Assembly: GCA_944358865.1 (NCBI GenBank)
Contig: CALVRV010000002.1
Span: 12,433 to 76,432 of the forward strand
Length of the DNA: 64,000 nt
Direction of reading: 5' to 3'
DNA from: an uncultured Bacilli bacterium
GTDB taxonomy: Bacteria > Bacillota_I > Bacilli_A > RFN20 > CAG-826
The number at the start of each line of letters is the position of its first letter. The first letter of the stretch is position 1. Both the position numbers and the translations under genes were made by a program. Below are positions 18,340-28,372 of this stretch, one piece after another. Under the pieces are notes generated by a model, which saw nothing but the letters and a program-made list of their open reading frames with translations, was not told the DNA's origin and did not search any database.

Positions 18340-18600
18340 ATGATTTTTTTAATTGACATGAATTCACCTGTTGTAATATTGCTACTCATTTTAGGATGTG
18401 CCGCACTTATTGCAGTTATTGCTTTAATTATTTATAAAATTTTACATCCAAAATTAAAACAAGATAAAAAAATTGATGAAGAAAAAGCCTTGCAAGAAGA
18501 ATTAAATCGTGTTTTAGAACCAATTGACGATGAAAAAATAAGTAAAGATATTCAAAATTATCAATCGGATGAAGATAAAAAACAAGACAAAGAAAATTAA
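18340..18600 (+). CDS. Small single-pass membrane protein with charged C-terminal tail
   Basis: 86 aa with one hydrophobic helix (VVILLLILGCAALIAVIALIIY) and a K/E/D-rich tail. It starts 9 nt after the Fic-like gene and overlaps the hemW start by 32 nt. Confidence 0.5.
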   Translation: MIFLIDMNSPVVILLLILGCAALIAVIALIIYKILHPKLKQDKKIDEEKALQEELNRVLEPIDDEKISKDIQNYQSDEDKKQDKEN

Positions 18601-19717
18601 TGCTTTATATATACATATTCCATTTTGTCATAGTATATGTTCATACTGTGATTTTTTAAAGTTCATCTATAACAAAAAATGGGCTGATTTATATATTGAA
18701 CAATTAAAAAAACAATATCTATTATTAAATATTAAAAAAGGACAATTAAAAACAATATATTTTGGTGGTGGAACACCAACATCTTTAAGCATTAAACAAT
18801 TAAAAAATTTATTAGATATTTTTAAAAATGATATCAAATTAGCAAAAGAAGTCACCTTTGAAGCTAATGTTGAAGATTTGAATTTACAAAAATTAAAAAT
18901 ATTAAAACAATATGGAATTAATCGCTTATCTATCGGGGTGCAGTCATTTAATAATGAAATATTAAAAGAAATGAATCGCCATCATAATAAAATAGATGTT
19001 GTTAAATGTATTAAACTGGCAAAAAAAATTGGATTTAATAATATTAATATTGATTTAATTTTTGGTTATGAAAAACAAGATTTTGAAATATTAAAAGATG
19101 ATATAAAAAATGTTTTAAGTTTAAATGTAGAACATATATCTTGTTATAGTTTAATTTTAGAAAAAAATACTAAATTATATTTAAAAAATAAAAACGCTAA
19201 AGATGATGATACTTTAAGATCTTATTTTGACTATGTCCATAAAACATTAAAAAAACATGGTTATATACATTATGAAATATCAAATTTTGCGAAAAAAGGC
19301 TACTTTAGCAAGCATAATTTAAATTATTGGAAAGATAATCAATATTATGCATTAGGAGTTGGGTCAAGTGGATATGTTAACAATTATCGTTATAAGTATA
19401 GCGGTAATCTAATTTCATATCTAAAAGGGGAATATAATTTTGTTGAAAATGAAAAAATAACTTTAAAAGATGATGTTTTATATTATTTAATGTTAAATTT
19501 AAGAACAAAATTTGGTTTTACATATAAAGATTTTTATCAAAGATTTAATTTTGATATTTTGATAATTAAACCATTACTTAATAAATTTAAACAAGAAAAA
19601 TTATTAAAACTAAACAAAAATAATATGGCATTAACTTATGATGGTGCGATGATATTAGATAGTGTAGTTATAGATATTATCAGCACTTTAGAAAAAGAAA
19701 AATGTCTAAATGATTGA
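18569..19717 (+). CDS. hemW: Radical SAM heme chaperone HemW (HemN-like, oxygen-independent coproporphyrinogen oxidase family)
   Basis: YIHIPFCHSICSYCDF contains the CxxxCxxC radical SAM motif. Position lepA-hemW-hrcA matches Bacillus. Stop codon is TGA. Confidence 0.85.
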   Translation: MKIKNKTKKINALYIHIPFCHSICSYCDFLKFIYNKKWADLYIEQLKKQYLLLNIKKGQLKTIYFGGGTPTSLSIKQLKNLLDIFKNDIKLAKEVTFEANVEDLNLQKLKILKQYGINRLSIGVQSFNNEILKEMNRHHNKIDVVKCIKLAKKIGFNNINIDLIFGYEKQDFEILKDDIKNVLSLNVEHISCYSLILEKNTKLYLKNKNAKDDDTLRSYFDYVHKTLKKHGYIHYEISNFAKKGYFSKHNLNYWKDNQYYALGVGSSGYVNNYRYKYSGNLISYLKGEYNFVENEKITLKDDVLYYLMLNLRTKFGFTYKDFYQRFNFDILIIKPLLNKFKQEKLLKLNKNNMALTYDGAMILDSVVIDIISTLEKEKCLND

Positions 19718-19760
19718 TAATTTATTTTATTTATAAAATAATAGTAATTTTTAAACAAAA

Positions 19761-19787
19761 TTAGCACTTTTTTGTTGACAGTGCTAT
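19761..19787 (+). promoter_or_regulatory. CIRCE operator 1 (HrcA binding site)
   Basis: TTAGCACTT-N9-CAGTGCTAT compared with the consensus TTAGCACTC-N9-GAGTGCTAA. Confidence 0.8.
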
Positions 19788-19802
19788 TTTTGCGCATATA
19801 AT
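19775..19802 (+). promoter_or_regulatory. Candidate sigma-A promoter of the hrcA-grpE-dnaK-dnaJ operon
   Basis: -35 TTGACA (19775-19780), 16-nt spacer, -10 TATAAT (19797-19802). The -35 box is embedded in the first CIRCE element. Confidence 0.6.
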
Positions 19803-19807
19803 AGTAT

Positions 19808-19834
19808 TTAGCACTTGGGTAATATAAGTGCCAA
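19808..19834 (+). promoter_or_regulatory. CIRCE operator 2 (HrcA binding site)
   Basis: TTAGCACTT-N9-AAGTGCCAA, lying just downstream of the -10 box and abutting the RBS. Confidence 0.75.
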
Positions 19835-19845
19835 AGGAGGTTAAG

Positions 19846-20874
19846 ATGACTCTTAATAGACGTGATCAAATTCTAAAACTCATCGTTGAACATTTTATTA
19901 AAACAGCTCAACCTGTTGGTAGCAAGACTTTGATTGAAGAGTATCATCTTAAATATTCTTCTGCGACAATTCGTAACGAGATGTATGCCTTAGAACAACT
20001 GGGATATTTAGAAAAAACTCATTCATCATCTGGACGTGTACCAAGTGCGGAAGGATATCGTTTTTATTGTGAATATCTTAGAGATAGAAATATCGATGAT
20101 CAATTTAAAATCATGGTTCAAGATATTTTAAAAGAAAAAAGCAAATCTATTGACGATATTATTAAATCTTCATGTCAAATATTATCACATATGACTAACT
20201 TAGTTTCTGTAGTGCTAGGACCAGATGTAAAAAAAGAACTATTAGCCTCAATTCAATTTATTCCTTTATCATTAACTAGCGCTTCAGTAATATTTGTAAC
20301 TAATCAAGGCTATGTTGAAAATCGTACATTTGTCGTTGATGATAATGTCAGCATGAACGACTTAAAAAGTTGCTTACAATTATTAAATGATCGATTAGTA
20401 GGCACGCCTATTAGTGAATTATTAGATAAGATGACTGCTTTAAGACCTGTTTTAAGTGAATATATTATTCAACACGACATTGTTTATAAAGCGATTATGG
20501 AAGCCTTTATTAAATTCGCTAATGAAAGAATAGCGTTATATGGAAAAAATGAATTATTAAATCAACCAGAATTTAATAGTTCAACTGAAACAATTAAAAA
20601 GATGATTCAATTGTTAGAATCGCCTAATGAATTAAAAAATAGTGCTTCAAATAGTCAAAGCGATTATAAAGAAGGTAACATTATGATTCATATAGGTAAT
20701 AACAATAAAGATAATCCTGATGTATCAATTATTACAACTAAACTTCAGATTAGTGATATTCCTGAAGGAACAATTGCCTTGATTGGTCCAAAAAGAATGG
20801 ATTATGATAAAGCCTTATCTTCATTAGAATTTTTAATAAAACAACTACAGGAATATTATAAAAAGGAGGGTTAA
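19846..20874 (+). CDS. hrcA: Heat-inducible transcription repressor HrcA
   Basis: LNRRDQILKLIVEHFIKTAQPVGSKTL is a typical HrcA N-terminus. ATG 19846 is preferred because AAAGGAGG lies at 19833-19840; the ORF track starts at GTG 19828. Confidence 0.9.
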   Translation: MTLNRRDQILKLIVEHFIKTAQPVGSKTLIEEYHLKYSSATIRNEMYALEQLGYLEKTHSSSGRVPSAEGYRFYCEYLRDRNIDDQFKIMVQDILKEKSKSIDDIIKSSCQILSHMTNLVSVVLGPDVKKELLASIQFIPLSLTSASVIFVTNQGYVENRTFVVDDNVSMNDLKSCLQLLNDRLVGTPISELLDKMTALRPVLSEYIIQHDIVYKAIMEAFIKFANERIALYGKNELLNQPEFNSSTETIKKMIQLLESPNELKNSASNSQSDYKEGNIMIHIGNNNKDNPDVSIITTKLQISDIPEGTIALIGPKRMDYDKALSSLEFLIKQLQEYYKKEG

Positions 20875-20879
20875 AATAA

Positions 20880-21473
20880 ATGGTAGAAAATCAAAAAAAC
20901 GAACAGGATGTTTCTTCATCAGAAGAAAAAGAATTCATTGGTAAAAAAGCCTATAAAGAAAAACTTTTAAAAAAAGATGAAGAAATTGAAAAATTAAAAA
21001 AAGAAATTGAAAAATGGAAAAATGATTACTATTTAGCTTTCGCTGATACTCAAAATCTAAGAAAGGCTCTAGAAAAAGATTATTCTAACGCTTTAAAGTA
21101 TCGCGCAGAAGGATTTTTAGAAAAATTGCTTCCAGTTATTGATAGTTTCAATTTAGCACTTCAAAGTAAACCAACTGATCCAGCTTTATTAAATTATTTA
21201 ACTGGATTTGAATATATTTATAAAAACATTGTCAGTGCATTAGAAAGTGAAGGTGTAAGTGAAATTAGACCACAAATAAATTCAAAATTTGATGCATCGA
21301 CAATGAACGCAATTGATACAGTTTTAGACGATGGTGAAGAAAATTTAGTTAAACAAGTCTACTGTGTTGGAATTAAACTTCACGATCGTATTATAAGACA
21401 CGCCAATGTGGTTGTTAGTAAAAAACCACAAGAAAAAACTAACATAGAAAAAACTGAGGAAACTCAAGCTTAA
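20880..21473 (+). CDS. grpE: Nucleotide exchange factor GrpE
   Basis: 197 aa. Coiled-coil N-terminus followed by the GrpE core (YLAFADTQNLRK...LLPVIDSF). Operon context supports the call. Confidence 0.9.
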   Translation: MVENQKNEQDVSSSEEKEFIGKKAYKEKLLKKDEEIEKLKKEIEKWKNDYYLAFADTQNLRKALEKDYSNALKYRAEGFLEKLLPVIDSFNLALQSKPTDPALLNYLTGFEYIYKNIVSALESEGVSEIRPQINSKFDASTMNAIDTVLDDGEENLVKQVYCVGIKLHDRIIRHANVVVSKKPQEKTNIEKTEETQA

Positions 21474-21476
21474 TAG

Positions 21477-23312
<1,836 letters not shown>

Positions 23313-23324
23313 TTGATGCTTTAT

Positions 23325-23350
23325 GGGGCAAGTTATATAGAATTTGCCCC
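23325..23350 (+). terminator. GC-rich hairpin between dnaK and dnaJ (partial terminator or stability element)
   Basis: GGGGCAA (23325-23331), 12-nt loop, TTGCCCC (23344-23350), then TTTAATT. The U-tail is short. Confidence 0.4.
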
Positions 23351-23376
23351 TTTAATTAATTAGAAAGGAGAATGTT

Positions 23377-24498
23377 ATGGCGCAAAAAACTGATTTATAT
23401 CAAGTTTTGGGTGTAAATAAATCTGCTAGTAAAGATGAAATTAAATCAGCATATCGTAAATTAGCAAAAAAATATCACCCAGACAATAAAGAAACTGGCG
23501 ATGAAAAGAAATTTAAAGAAGTTCAAGAAGCCTATGATATTCTTTATGATGATCAAAAACGTGCTGCTTATGATCGTTTTGGTTTTGCTGCTTTTGACCA
23601 AGCTGGCGCAAATCCTGGCCAAGGTAACCCATTCTCTGGTTTTAGTGGATTCCAAGGTGGTAACCCATTTGGTGACGAAGGCATTGATTTAGGCGACATT
23701 TTTTCTTCATTTTTTGGAGGCGGTGGTTCACAAAGAAGAAGTCAATCCGCTGCTGGTCCTTTAAGAGGAAGCGATATTGTCATGAAATTGACAGTGGATT
23801 TTATGGACACTATCAATGGCAAAGATGTTTCTATTCCATATACATATGATATGCCTTGTCCTGATTGTAACGGAACAGGGGCAAAAACTCCTAATGATGT
23901 TAAAACATGTACTAATTGTAATGGCCGTGGTTATGTTAGAGTGCAAAGAAGATCATTATTTGGTGTTGTTGAAAGTCAAGAAGTATGTCCAACTTGTGGT
24001 GGCAAAGGCAAAATTATTGTTAATCCATGTCCAAAATGTAATGGTAAAGGATATATTAGAAGTAAAATTGATTTAAAATTACATATACCTGCCGGTATTA
24101 ACAATGGTCAACAAATTCGTGTCAGTGGAAAAGGCGAAAGAGGTAGAAATGGTGGTCCAAATGGTGATTTATATGTTCAAATGGACGTTAAAAAACATCC
24201 TATCTTTACTCGAAACGGCAATGATATATATGTAGATTTAACATTATCTATGGTTGACGCTGCTTTAGGAGAAGATGTTGAAATTGAAACTGTTTATGGT
24301 AAAAAAATACTTTCGATTCCTTCTGGAACACAACCTAATACCACATTGCGTATGAAAGGATATGGTGTTAAAGATTTAAAAACTGGTAAACCTGGAGATC
24401 AATATGTCAATGTTAAAATTGTTATTCCAACTTCACTTAAAAGAAATGAAAAAGACTTGCTTAATCAATTTAAAGCATTAAGGCAAGGTAAAAAATAA
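23377..24498 (+). CDS. dnaJ: Molecular chaperone DnaJ
   Basis: J domain ([11 protein letters not shown]), G/F-rich region and four CxxCxGxG zinc-finger repeats. Confidence 0.95.
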   Translation: MAQKTDLYQVLGVNKSASKDEIKSAYRKLAKKYHPDNKETGDEKKFKEVQEAYDILYDDQKRAAYDRFGFAAFDQAGANPGQGNPFSGFSGFQGGNPFGDEGIDLGDIFSSFFGGGGSQRRSQSAAGPLRGSDIVMKLTVDFMDTINGKDVSIPYTYDMPCPDCNGTGAKTPNDVKTCTNCNGRGYVRVQRRSLFGVVESQEVCPTCGGKGKIIVNPCPKCNGKGYIRSKIDLKLHIPAGINNGQQIRVSGKGERGRNGGPNGDLYVQMDVKKHPIFTRNGNDIYVDLTLSMVDAALGEDVEIETVYGKKILSIPSGTQPNTTLRMKGYGVKDLKTGKPGDQYVNVKIVIPTSLKRNEKDLLNQFKALRQGKK

Positions 24499-24564
24499 AT
24501 AAATTTTGATAAAAATTAGCACCTTTTAAAAAACTTGACTATAAGTAATTAGAGGTGCTTTTTT

Positions 24565-25749
24565 ATGTATTTTATTAAACAAATAGACAATCATGACTGT
24601 GGATTTGCATCACTTAAAATGCTTTTAGCAAATATTTATAAGGACAAACGTTATTTATATTTAAAGCAAGACTTAAATAAGAAACGTTATTCATATTTAG
24701 AATTAATAAATATTGCTAAAAAATATAATCTTAGTTTAACTGGTTTAAAATTTATAAAAGAAAACGAATTAAAAAAATATCGTAACAAAATATTTTTAGC
24801 AACAATAAAAATAGGTGAGACCAATCATTTAGTTATGATTAAAAAAGGAAGACATTTATTAAAAGTTTATGATCCTAATCAAGGTATATATTATTTAAGT
24901 TATAAAAAGTTTTTTAAGGTGTGGGATAAAACAATTTTATCTATTTTAAATTATAAAGAAAACACTTTAAAAAATGATGATTTATTAACTATTTATAAAT
25001 TAAGACCTTTATATGGTATATCTAACATAATATTTAGATTTATTTCAATAATTAGTATAATTTTAGGACTTTTCTTTGTATCTTATAAAACTTATTTTTA
25101 TGTTGCGATTGCTTTATTTTTTATTTCCTTATTAGGAGAAGTATTTTATCGATTGTCATCAATAAAATCACTTAAAAAAATCGATATAGATTTTGCAAAT
25201 AAATTTCAAATTAAAGATGGGTTTTATGATGTCTTTTACAATAATTTTTTAAATTATAAAAAAATGTATGTGACAAAAAACGCTAATGTAGTTTTTTCAA
25301 TCTTACTAGCGATTTTTATATTGACACTTTTTATAATTAATGGGGTAAGTAATATTTATTTTTTAATTTTTGCTATTATATTAGCTTTTATTAATGTTGG
25401 AATAATTAAACCGATGTTTTATAACGCTTCAAATAAATTAGCTTTAAAAGAGCAAAAATATTTAAAAGAAAAATATGATCTAAATATGTTAAAAACAATT
25501 TCTAATGATTCATATAAGATCGCTAATAACTTTTTATTTTTTGAAGCAATGTTTATTGTTTTAATTATTTTAATGTGCAGCATATCTAGTTTTCTTATTA
25601 GCGGATTTGATATCTCCTATGTCGTTTTTTATAGTGTCACAATTGCTTTTTTTAAAAAACAATTTGAAGAAATTCTTTCTTTTAATAAAAAAGAAAAAGA
25701 ATTTAAAAAGCAACAAGTGCTAATTGCAAATATGTTAGATGATATATAA
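24565..25749 (+). CDS. C39 (bacteriocin-processing) cysteine peptidase domain fused to a six-helix membrane domain, with no ATPase domain
   Basis: N-terminus QIDNHDCGFASLKMLL holds the catalytic Cys12. His lies in NHLVMI and Asp in YDPNQG. About six hydrophobic helices follow. The protein ends at 394 aa without Walker motifs. Confidence 0.65.
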   Translation: MYFIKQIDNHDCGFASLKMLLANIYKDKRYLYLKQDLNKKRYSYLELINIAKKYNLSLTGLKFIKENELKKYRNKIFLATIKIGETNHLVMIKKGRHLLKVYDPNQGIYYLSYKKFFKVWDKTILSILNYKENTLKNDDLLTIYKLRPLYGISNIIFRFISIISIILGLFFVSYKTYFYVAIALFFISLLGEVFYRLSSIKSLKKIDIDFANKFQIKDGFYDVFYNNFLNYKKMYVTKNANVVFSILLAIFILTLFIINGVSNIYFLIFAIILAFINVGIIKPMFYNASNKLALKEQKYLKEKYDLNMLKTISNDSYKIANNFLFFEAMFIVLIILMCSISSFLISGFDISYVVFYSVTIAFFKKQFEEILSFNKKEKEFKKQQVLIANMLDDI

Positions 25750-25803
25750 AAATAATATGACATTATTTTTTTAATAAATTTGTGATAAAATATAATTCCA
25801 AGG

Positions 25804-26673
25804 ATGAAAAAAATAGATTTTACTTCGTTTTCTAAATCATATAACCGTTTTAAAAAGGTTTACAATCGTCTGTTAACTATTACTTTAAAAAGGTTAAATG
25901 TCAAAGCTAATATATATGTTAGCTGCATTATTTGTGATAACGATTATATCCATAAAATTAATAAGGATTACCGTAAAATTGATCGTCCTACCGATGTCAT
26001 AAGTTTTGCTTTTTTAGACGATGGTAAAAGATTTGATTTGTTAAATCAAAAATGTGATATCATTCTTGGAGAAATCTACATCTCATATCAAAAAGGGATC
26101 GAGCAAGCAAAAGAATATGGCCATAGTTTAGATAGAGAAATGTCATTTCTATTTGTTCATGGATTGCTTCACTTATTAGGATATGACCATCAAAATAAGA
26201 TGGAAGAAGAAATTATGTTTAATCTTCAAGAAGAAATTTTATCGTCGTATCAGGAGGAAAATATTATGACAAATGAAAAAGAATTAGTCGCCAGCGCTTT
26301 AAAAGCACGAGAGTTATCTTATTCACCTTATTCTAATTTTGCAGTTGGAGCCGCACTTTTATGTAAAGATGGAGATGTAATTTTAGGCGCAAATATTGAA
26401 AATTCTTCTTATCCTTTATCAATGTGTGCAGAAAGAAACGCAATTTATTCTGCTTATCTTAAAGGAAAGAAAAAAGAAGATATTGTCGCACTTGCTATTG
26501 CTGCTGATAGCGATAATCCTTGTTCTCCTTGTGGCGCGTGTCGACAAGTTATGAGCGAACTTCTATCAAAAGATTGTAAAATAATTTTAGCTAATGTAAA
26601 AGGAGACATGAAAGTAGTAAGTGTTAATGATTTACTTCCTTTTGCTTTTTCTAGTGAGGATTTAAATAAATAA
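25804..26673 (+). CDS. ybeY: rRNA maturation endoribonuclease YbeY fused in frame to cytidine deaminase
   Basis: YbeY metal site HGLLHLLGYDH lies in the N-terminal half. The C-terminal half has the cytidine deaminase motifs CAERNA and PCGACRQ. An internal AGGAGG (26252-26257) and in-frame ATG at 26266 could also give a free Cdd. Confidence 0.8.
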   Translation: MKKIDFTSFSKSYNRFKKVYNRLLTITLKRLNVKANIYVSCIICDNDYIHKINKDYRKIDRPTDVISFAFLDDGKRFDLLNQKCDIILGEIYISYQKGIEQAKEYGHSLDREMSFLFVHGLLHLLGYDHQNKMEEEIMFNLQEEILSSYQEENIMTNEKELVASALKARELSYSPYSNFAVGAALLCKDGDVILGANIENSSYPLSMCAERNAIYSAYLKGKKKEDIVALAIAADSDNPCSPCGACRQVMSELLSKDCKIILANVKGDMKVVSVNDLLPFAFSSEDLNK

Positions 26674-27563
26674 TGAAATCTGGTTTTGTTTCTATTGTTG
26701 GACGACCTAATGTAGGTAAATCCACTCTTTTAAATGCGATATTGAAAAGTAAAATATCTATCGTTACTAATAAAGCTCAAACGACAAGAAATAACATCAA
26801 AGGAATTTATAATGAAGATGATGTACAAATTGTTTTTTTAGATACGCCAGGTATTCACAAACCTTTTTATAAATTAGGTGATGAAATGAATAATATGGCT
26901 TATAAGAGCTTTAAAGATATTGATGCTTTAATTTTAGTAGTGGATGCTTCTTTAAAATATTCAAGTGGTGATGAATTTTTAATTTCGCATTTAAAAATCG
27001 CTAATGATATACCTATTTTTATTGTTTTTAATAAAATTGATTCAACTAATATTGTTTTAATTAATGAATTAAAAGAAAAATATCATCAATGTTTTCCTAA
27101 AGCAAAAATGATTGAAACTGTCGCTAATAATGATTTTAATGTCGATTTTTTATTAAAAGAAATAATCAATATATTACCTGAAGGTCTTAAATATTATCCT
27201 GATGATCAACTTTCAGATCGCGATATGCGTTTTCAAGCTAAAGAAATAATACGAGAAAAAGCCTTGCTTTTATTAGATAAAGAAGTTCCACATTCTCTTG
27301 CTGTAGAAATAGAACAATATAAAGAAAATAAAAATAAAACTATTATAGATGCATGCCTAATTTTAGAAAAAGATTCTCAAAAAGGCATAGTTATTGGTAA
27401 AAACGGACAAATGATTAAAAAAATAGGATCAAAGGCAAGAAAAGAACTCGAAGATTATCTAGGTGAACATGTTGTTTTAAATTTATATGTTAAAGTAGAA
27501 CCTGACTGGAGAAACAAAAACAATTTATTAAAACAATACGGTTATAACAAAAATTCAAATTAA
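26673..27563 (+). CDS. era: GTPase Era
   Basis: GRPNVGKST, DTPG and NKID motifs with a C-terminal KH domain (GKNGQMIKKIG). Confidence 0.95.
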   Translation: MKSGFVSIVGRPNVGKSTLLNAILKSKISIVTNKAQTTRNNIKGIYNEDDVQIVFLDTPGIHKPFYKLGDEMNNMAYKSFKDIDALILVVDASLKYSSGDEFLISHLKIANDIPIFIVFNKIDSTNIVLINELKEKYHQCFPKAKMIETVANNDFNVDFLLKEIINILPEGLKYYPDDQLSDRDMRFQAKEIIREKALLLLDKEVPHSLAVEIEQYKENKNKTIIDACLILEKDSQKGIVIGKNGQMIKKIGSKARKELEDYLGEHVVLNLYVKVEPDWRNKNNLLKQYGYNKNSN

Positions 27564-27568
27564 TAAAT

Positions 27569-28279
27569 ATGAAAATAATAATCTTAAATATATCACCATA
27601 TAAGGATAATGATGCGATAATAAGCGCTTTTAATAATGATGGAAGCTATGATTTTATTGCACGAGGAATTTTAAATAGCAAAAATAAATTGGCTATGCTA
27701 AATAATCCGTTGACATATGCTGAAGTCGAGATAAGCAAATCTAAAAAAAGTCAGTATGAATCAATTAAAAATGCAAATGTTATTTTTAGTTGCATGGAAT
27801 TAATGTCTAATTTTAATGATTTGATGTGGTGCTCCATTTTAGCAGATGTCATTAAAAAATGTTTAAATCAAGATGAAAGGCCTCTAATTTTTAAACCATT
27901 ATTAATAACTTTAGGAGCTTTAAAAGCTAATTTTAATAAAGAAATTTATATTTTATCTTTATTAGGCTTAATTTTAAAATTAAGTGGTTTCGAAATGAAT
28001 GTTAGCGAATGTAATATTTGCCATAACAAAGATAACATAACTAATTTTTCATTAAAAAGAGGTGGATTTATTTGTAAAAATGATAACCTTGATAATAAAA
28101 ATCTAAGTAGGGAACAATTAATTTTATATCGCGACATATTTAAAGGCTTTGTTTACTATGGCAAGGAAAAATATCAAATAACAAATGATGATTTTAAAAA
28201 AATAAGCAAAGATATTTTAAATTTCATCGCTGATGTATTAGACTTTGAAATAAAAAATATAACTTTGTTATATGATTAA
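27569..28279 (+). CDS. recO: DNA repair protein RecO
   Basis: 236 aa with a zinc-finger-like CNICH...C segment. Position era-recO-glyQS matches Firmicutes. Sequence similarity judged by eye is weak. Confidence 0.65.
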   Translation: MKIIILNISPYKDNDAIISAFNNDGSYDFIARGILNSKNKLAMLNNPLTYAEVEISKSKKSQYESIKNANVIFSCMELMSNFNDLMWCSILADVIKKCLNQDERPLIFKPLLITLGALKANFNKEIYILSLLGLILKLSGFEMNVSECNICHNKDNITNFSLKRGGFICKNDNLDNKNLSREQLILYRDIFKGFVYYGKEKYQITNDDFKKISKDILNFIADVLDFEIKNITLLYD

Positions 28280-28311
28280 TATTTTGTAAATATTTTTACC
28301 ACTATAGAGGG

Positions 28312-28340
28312 TTGACAAAATAGCATAAAAAAAATAAAAT
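28312..28340 (+). promoter_or_regulatory. Candidate glyQS promoter
   Basis: TTGACA (28312-28317), 17-nt spacer, TAAAAT (28335-28340). Confidence 0.45.
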
Positions 28341-28342
28341 TT

Positions 28343-28362
28343 CTTTCGTGTGCGCACGAAAG
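28343..28362 (+). promoter_or_regulatory. GC-rich dyad/hairpin overlapping the glyQS ribosome-binding region
   Basis: CTTTCGTG-TGCG-CACGAAAG has an 8-bp stem. The right arm overlaps the SD-like GAAAGGGA, and the ATG is at 28373. Confidence 0.35.
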
Positions 28363-28372
28363 GGAAACAACT

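Noticed and set aside
24518-24559. Inverted repeat AGCACCT-N28-AGGTGCT followed by T6 upstream of the C39 gene. The left arm begins TTAGCAC like a CIRCE half-site.
   Set aside because: The spacing (28 nt versus 9) and the right arm do not fit CIRCE. It is more simply a loose dnaJ terminator or stability hairpin, and the evidence is too weak to call either as a feature.
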